DNA of 64,000 nucleotides from sequence record SRR31156797_1402; one strand, 5' to 3'. Shown piece by piece: positions 59,671 to 64,000 of this stretch (position 1 is its first letter; each line of letters starts with the position of its first letter). The notes under the pieces were generated by a model. It saw only the letters and a program-made list of their open reading frames with translations, ran no database searches and was not told where the DNA came from. The position numbers and the translations under genes were made by a program.

Positions 59671-60825
59671 ATGAAGAAACTCATTCTTGCATCACTTATA
59701 GCACTTTTCTCTGTTCCGGCTATGGCTGCAGAGATTGGTGACACGTACTTTGGACCTACTATCGGCTATCACTTTTTTGATAATGATCACGACCTTGACG
59801 ACAAGGCAGAGGGCGGGCTGAGGCTCGGTTACTTCTTTATGGATGACCACTCTGCAGAGCTTGAGGCTGACTATACAAGCACTGACCACAAAACAGAAGG
59901 CGACACAAGCGCTACTTCACTTTCAATCTCAGGGCTTAAATTCTGGGACGTTACACCTAAGTTCAAACCTTTCCTCCTCGCAGGTGTCGGCGGGCTTTTC
60001 CATGAGAACGACATGGGCTCACTAGTGCTCGGTGTCGGTGCGCAATATATGTTTAGCGATAACCTCAGCTTCGACTTCAGAGTTAAAGATATGATCCACT
60101 CTATCGGAGCCAGAAACGACGTGATACCTTCTGTCGGTGTAAACTTTCATTTTGGCAAAGCACCTGCGGCAGCACCTATGGTTAAAGAAGAGCCAAAACC
60201 TGAGCCGAAGGCTGAACCGAAAAAAGATTCAGACGGCGACGGTGTTTTTGATGAAGCTGACCAGTGCCCGACAACACCTAAAGGCTATCCTGTAAACAAT
60301 GCAGGCTGTACACCAGATACTGATAAAGACGGCGTTTACGATTTCCAGGATGACTGTATTACTCCTGAAGGCTGGCCGGTTAATGCTAAGGGATGTTCAC
60401 CAGACACTGACGGTGACGGCATCTACGACTTCGAAGACCGTTGTCCTAACTCTATGAAAGGCGTAAAAGTTAACTCTGCCGGGTGTTTCATCTCCGCTAC
60501 GCTTAAAATTAACTTTAAAACTAACAGCTCTGCAATTGATGAGAGCTACCTTGAAAACCTTCAGCAGTTCGCTGTTTTTCTCAAAGCAAGCCCTAATGTT
60601 GATGTTGAGATTCAGGGACATACAGACAGCAAAGGTGCAGCATCATACAACAAAGCACTTTCACAGAAGAGAGCAGATTCGGTTGTAAAACTTCTCAGCA
60701 CTAAATACGGCATCAGCAAGAATAGGCTGACAGCAGTAGGATACGGTGAGGATATGCCTCTCGTTCCTAACGACTCACCAGCAAACATGCTTAAAAACCG
60801 TAGAATTGATACTGTAGTCAAGTAA
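59671..60825 (+). CDS. OmpA family outer-membrane protein with thrombospondin type-3-like repeats
   Basis: Signal peptide, beta-barrel, three DxDxDG..D..D.C...GC repeats, GHTDS.G..YN..LS..RA, NRRI. Confidence 0.93.
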   Translation: MKKLILASLIALFSVPAMAAEIGDTYFGPTIGYHFFDNDHDLDDKAEGGLRLGYFFMDDHSAELEADYTSTDHKTEGDTSATSLSISGLKFWDVTPKFKPFLLAGVGGLFHENDMGSLVLGVGAQYMFSDNLSFDFRVKDMIHSIGARNDVIPSVGVNFHFGKAPAAAPMVKEEPKPEPKAEPKKDSDGDGVFDEADQCPTTPKGYPVNNAGCTPDTDKDGVYDFQDDCITPEGWPVNAKGCSPDTDGDGIYDFEDRCPNSMKGVKVNSAGCFISATLKINFKTNSSAIDESYLENLQQFAVFLKASPNVDVEIQGHTDSKGAASYNKALSQKRADSVVKLLSTKYGISKNRLTAVGYGEDMPLVPNDSPANMLKNRRIDTVVK

Positions 60826-60834
60826 TTCAGATAT

Positions 60835-60865
60835 AAAAAAAGGGGTGCTAGTCTGGCACCCCTTT
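60835..60865. terminator. Terminator between convergent genes
   Basis: A7-GGGGTGC-TAGTCTG-GCACCCC-TTT. Confidence 0.7.
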
Positions 60866-60884
60866 ACTATTAAACAGTAGACTC

Positions 60885-61202
60885 TTAAACAGCCGCTTTA
60901 CAAAGAGACTCTTCAACAACCTTATACATCTCAGCTTTCACTGAGTTAATATTGCCAACGAATGTTACTTCGTCATCACCAGTCAGATAAAGCACCTCAT
61001 CTTTTACAAGACTCGTCTTCTCAAACTCATTCCTGAACGTAAGCTCTCTGTCTGTCCAGCGCTCAAAAGTGCTCAGGCTGAGGAGTACAAAGTGCTCCGC
61101 CTTGAAAACGAAACGTGAGAGTACAAGATACCTATCTTTCTGCATCCCTTTGTCGAAGATCTTAAATATGTCTCCGACGACATAATTCTTCCTTTCAATC
61201 AT
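60885..61202 (-). CDS. Hypothetical protein
   Basis: 105-aa ORF with AAGGAG SD. Confidence 0.65.
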   Translation of the reverse strand: MIERKNYVVGDIFKIFDKGMQKDRYLVLSRFVFKAEHFVLLSLSTFERWTDRELTFRNEFEKTSLVKDEVLYLTGDDEVTFVGNINSVKAEMYKVVEESLCKAAV

Positions 61203-61301
61203 TGTGCCTAATCTCCTTCAAAAATTTGAAACATTCCCTATAAAGATTATTGCACTAATGTTCAGCAGGCGCAATTATTTTTTTACTAGTGAAAAACTAG
61301 T

Positions 61302-62048
61302 TTACATATAATACACACAACCTAAACAGCCGTTATATTGTGGATTATTCAGAACTTCTATTTCTGTATCAGATAGTTTTGAGAGGAAATGTATGATGGC
61401 ACTGTTAGATGCAACACCGCCGGCAGCGTAAATTTTCTTATTTCTGTACTTTCTTATTAAAGGGAATAATCGCCTGCTGATGCTCTCGTTTACACCAGCT
61501 CCTATCTGCTCTATCGGCACACCCTCAGCGATTTTGCCCACAAGCTCGCTCTCGGAGAATATTGCGCAGGTTGCGCTCATCTTAACTGGCTGGTCTACCA
61601 TCTGCGATAGTTCGTCCAGTGTGACATCGAGTATCCTGCAAGCGTTCTCAAGGAAGCGTCCAGTGCTCGCCGCACACTTATCATTCATCACAAAATCCTC
61701 TATGTATCCGTCTTTTACATAGATAACCTTGCTGTCCTGACCACCGATATCAACAAGTATAAATTCACTCTCTCCAGTAGCCTCAAGCGCACCTCTGTAG
61801 TGTGCTTTTATCTCAGAGATAACATTAGCATTAGCGAACGACATCATATTTCGCCCGTATCCGGTTGCTGTTATCTCAGCTTGTTCGTCAGCTCCGAATT
61901 TAGACAGATCGATGATAGTTTCATCACCCTGCCGTTTAACCATATTTTTATAGAATGCGACCGTATCTTCCCTATGGAAAACAATTTTCTCATCCTCTTT
62001 AACCGCTATTTTCACAAATCTGCTGCCTAGGTCTATGCCGAGCTTCAT
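61302..62048 (-). CDS. 2-hydroxyacyl-CoA dehydratase activator (BadF/BcrAD-type ATPase)
   Basis: GIDLGS, TGYGR, DIGGQD.K, MNDKCAA.TGRFLE, TCAIFSESE, GGVA.N. Confidence 0.9.
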   Translation of the reverse strand: MKLGIDLGSRFVKIAVKEDEKIVFHREDTVAFYKNMVKRQGDETIIDLSKFGADEQAEITATGYGRNMMSFANANVISEIKAHYRGALEATGESEFILVDIGGQDSKVIYVKDGYIEDFVMNDKCAASTGRFLENACRILDVTLDELSQMVDQPVKMSATCAIFSESELVGKIAEGVPIEQIGAGVNESISRRLFPLIRKYRNKKIYAAGGVASNSAIIHFLSKLSDTEIEVLNNPQYNGCLGCVYYM

Positions 62049-63031
62049 CTCTTCGCCTCCAGCATCTCAAGGAAAGATTCTATCCTTATCTTGGTTCTCG
62101 CATCAATCCCGCCCGGTCCGTCACCTTCGATGGCGAGTATCGGACAGTCGAGGGACTCTTTCATAATTATGTCCTGAATCTGACGGTAGCAGAACGACTG
62201 AACGTAGTGGATCATCCCATCAAGCTTACGTTTTTTCATCTCAGATTTTATGTCAGCAACACGCCCGAAGACATCGTAAGGGTATGTAAAATCTACATAT
62301 CTCTGCACATAATTCTCGTCAGTAGAAGGTATAGCGAACTGCCTCTGCACCTCGTTAAAAACCACTGATGCACCTTTCGAATCGATAAAATCGTAAATGT
62401 CGCTAAAAATTGTAGGAACACCTATGAAGCCCAGACGGATTCTGTCTTTCACCGGACAGCGTTTTGACGCTTCGAGCATAAAGGAATCCAGCTCTTTTTC
62501 ATAAGTTATAAGGTCTGTATTAAAATCTGTGGAAGTAACCAGCCAGAGGTGGTTTTCAAAACCTGTGACGTAACCTTCAGCGGTCATATCATCAAGCTCA
62601 CGAAGTTTTCTGCGGACACCATCAGTTTTTTTCGCAAACTCTACCCCATCCGCAACGGTTGTACCGATAGACTTTGCAAATCTATGCATCTCTTTCTCAA
62701 GTGTTTCAAGACGCCCTTCGCTCTCAAAAGGATAGCTAAACGTGTGCACCTTTATACCGCTATTCACAAACAGCTCAGCCAGTGCGTGGGAATTACTGCA
62801 ATCCCCCTGGGTAACGGCGATAACTTCATCCACAGAACCTTGACGCACAGCAGTATATATACCTTTTATCCATGCGCAGAGATTTCTTGGCAAACCCTCA
62901 TCCTCTGCAAAATCAGCCATAGCGACCGGATCACTGTCAGTTATGAAAACGTTATTCAGATCTACCGGAACTTTTCCAGCGGCAAGAATCATCTCCACCG
63001 GAACAGTGGTAGTAAAACCTACTCTGCTCAT
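62045..63031 (-). CDS. 2-hydroxyacyl-CoA dehydratase family protein
   Basis: P.E.ILAAG, LCAWIKG, GDCSN, HYVQSFC, TKIRIESFLE. Confidence 0.85.
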   Translation of the reverse strand: MSRVGFTTTVPVEMILAAGKVPVDLNNVFITDSDPVAMADFAEDEGLPRNLCAWIKGIYTAVRQGSVDEVIAVTQGDCSNSHALAELFVNSGIKVHTFSYPFESEGRLETLEKEMHRFAKSIGTTVADGVEFAKKTDGVRRKLRELDDMTAEGYVTGFENHLWLVTSTDFNTDLITYEKELDSFMLEASKRCPVKDRIRLGFIGVPTIFSDIYDFIDSKGASVVFNEVQRQFAIPSTDENYVQRYVDFTYPYDVFGRVADIKSEMKKRKLDGMIHYVQSFCYRQIQDIIMKESLDCPILAIEGDGPGGIDARTKIRIESFLEMLEAKR

Positions 63032-63330
63032 TTCAGGCTGAAATCTATGTATCTGCGAACTTCTTTATGAAGCCCGACCCTGTTTTTGAATATAACCTTA
63101 TTATCTTCGAAGAACCTGTCCATCTCGTTAAAATCAACTATGTCCATATAGTCCCCCGTCACCTTGTCTTTCACTCGGAAAACCTTTGTGACATCATTCT
63201 CTTTTACCTTTTTAGCTTTTATCTTCTTCTTATCTTTGTATAAGTAAACTTCACAGCCGTTGTCTTCACACTGAATGTCAACCTCGTGCCATGTCATATC
63301 CTCATATACAAGCATCCATCTATGTTCCAT
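63028..63330 (-). CDS. Hypothetical protein
   Basis: 100-aa ORF overlapping the dehydratase start (ATGA). Confidence 0.65.
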   Translation of the reverse strand: MEHRWMLVYEDMTWHEVDIQCEDNGCEVYLYKDKKKIKAKKVKENDVTKVFRVKDKVTGDYMDIVDFNEMDRFFEDNKVIFKNRVGLHKEVRRYIDFSLK

Positions 63331-63479
63331 TTTGCACCTTTATTTATTTTTACTACAAAAATAGTCGAATTTTTTGAAATTACATCCTATTTTTTTAATT
63401 AAACATAGTCAAGAGTTACAAAGGCTTGAATTCTCACTATAATGGTTTTATAGTTACCACATAAACAACGAGGACTAAA

Positions 63480-64000
63480 GTGAAAAAGTCTATCTTAATA
63501 TTAATTATTACTTCAATAATTGTGTTTTCTTCGTATTATTTTTTGACGAAGGAACCTGCTGCTAAAAAATATACTATTGCTGTTATCAACTATAGCCCGG
63601 CGGCTGACCCGGCGCTCTCAGGGCTTAAAAATGGTCTTAAAAATCAGGGGTTTACTGAAAACATTCACTATAATTTAATTTACAATGGCTTTTTCTCTGA
63701 TAAAAAAGAACTCCTAAAGGAAGCGAACAGGCTTGTTAACCTGAAGCCTGATTTAATATACTCAATGACTACACCTGCTACTCTCGCAGTAAAGAAAGCT
63801 GTAGCAGGAAAGGACATCCCTATCGTTTTCGGTCCGGTTAGCTCCCCTGTCAGAGCAGGAATTGTGGCAAGCATGAAGCATACAGGTGAAAATATTACCG
63901 GAGTTACTTTCGGTCCGCAGGAATCACGCAGGCTTGAAATGCTTACAAGAGCGGCACCACTGATTAAAAGAGTTCTCGTCCCTTACAACCCGAATGACAA
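63480..64000 (+). CDS. ABC transporter substrate-binding protein, truncated by the window edge
   Basis: GTG start after GAGG; KPDLI...TTPAT......IPIVF..V..PV.AGIVAS...G.NITGV. Confidence 0.85.
   Translation, partial: MKKSILILIITSIIVFSSYYFLTKEPAAKKYTIAVINYSPAADPALSGLKNGLKNQGFTENIHYNLIYNGFFSDKKELLKEANRLVNLKPDLIYSMTTPATLAVKKAVAGKDIPIVFGPVSSPVRAGIVASMKHTGENITGVTFGPQESRRLEMLTRAAPLIKRVLVPYNPND

Noticed and set aside
60226-60486. Tandem repeats within ompA
   Set aside because: These are ordinary thrombospondin type-3-like Ca-binding repeats, common in OmpA/OprF proteins

Overview
A roughly 40%-GC chromosomal window from an anaerobic or microaerophilic Gram-negative bacterium; gene style suggests Deferribacterota (Denitrovibrio-like), which is inference only. 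The left ~32 kb is mostly minus-strand housekeeping: rnfCDGEAB, dCMP deaminase, glyA, rpiB, nadA, a zapB-like/zapA/6S RNA/rarA/5-FCL/rny/ymdB operon, and a B12-riboswitch-controlled class III ribonucleotide reductase whose glycyl-radical domain is a separate 62-aa gene. It also holds acyl-CoA carboxylase, methylmalonyl-CoA mutase, MeaB, mqnB, metF and ilvE. The middle holds three orphan sensor kinases, transporters, SPFH/NfeD, cowN, LysR and SulP. The standout is a six-gene operon at 46.4-52.7 kb: three TULIP/P47-OrfX-like proteins (relatives of botulinum-toxin-cluster accessory proteins) with hydrophobic C-terminal segments, two AidA/PixA inclusion-body paralogues and a small unknown gene, with no neurotoxin or NTNH gene. 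Beside it is an IS3 scar whose two terminal inverted repeats bracket a Fic gene. The right end has an unlisted desulforedoxin, rubrerythrin, a CZB chemoreceptor, a 26-aa membrane microprotein, OmpA and a 2-hydroxyacyl-CoA dehydratase/activator pair. All calls come from reading the sequence; no searches were run.
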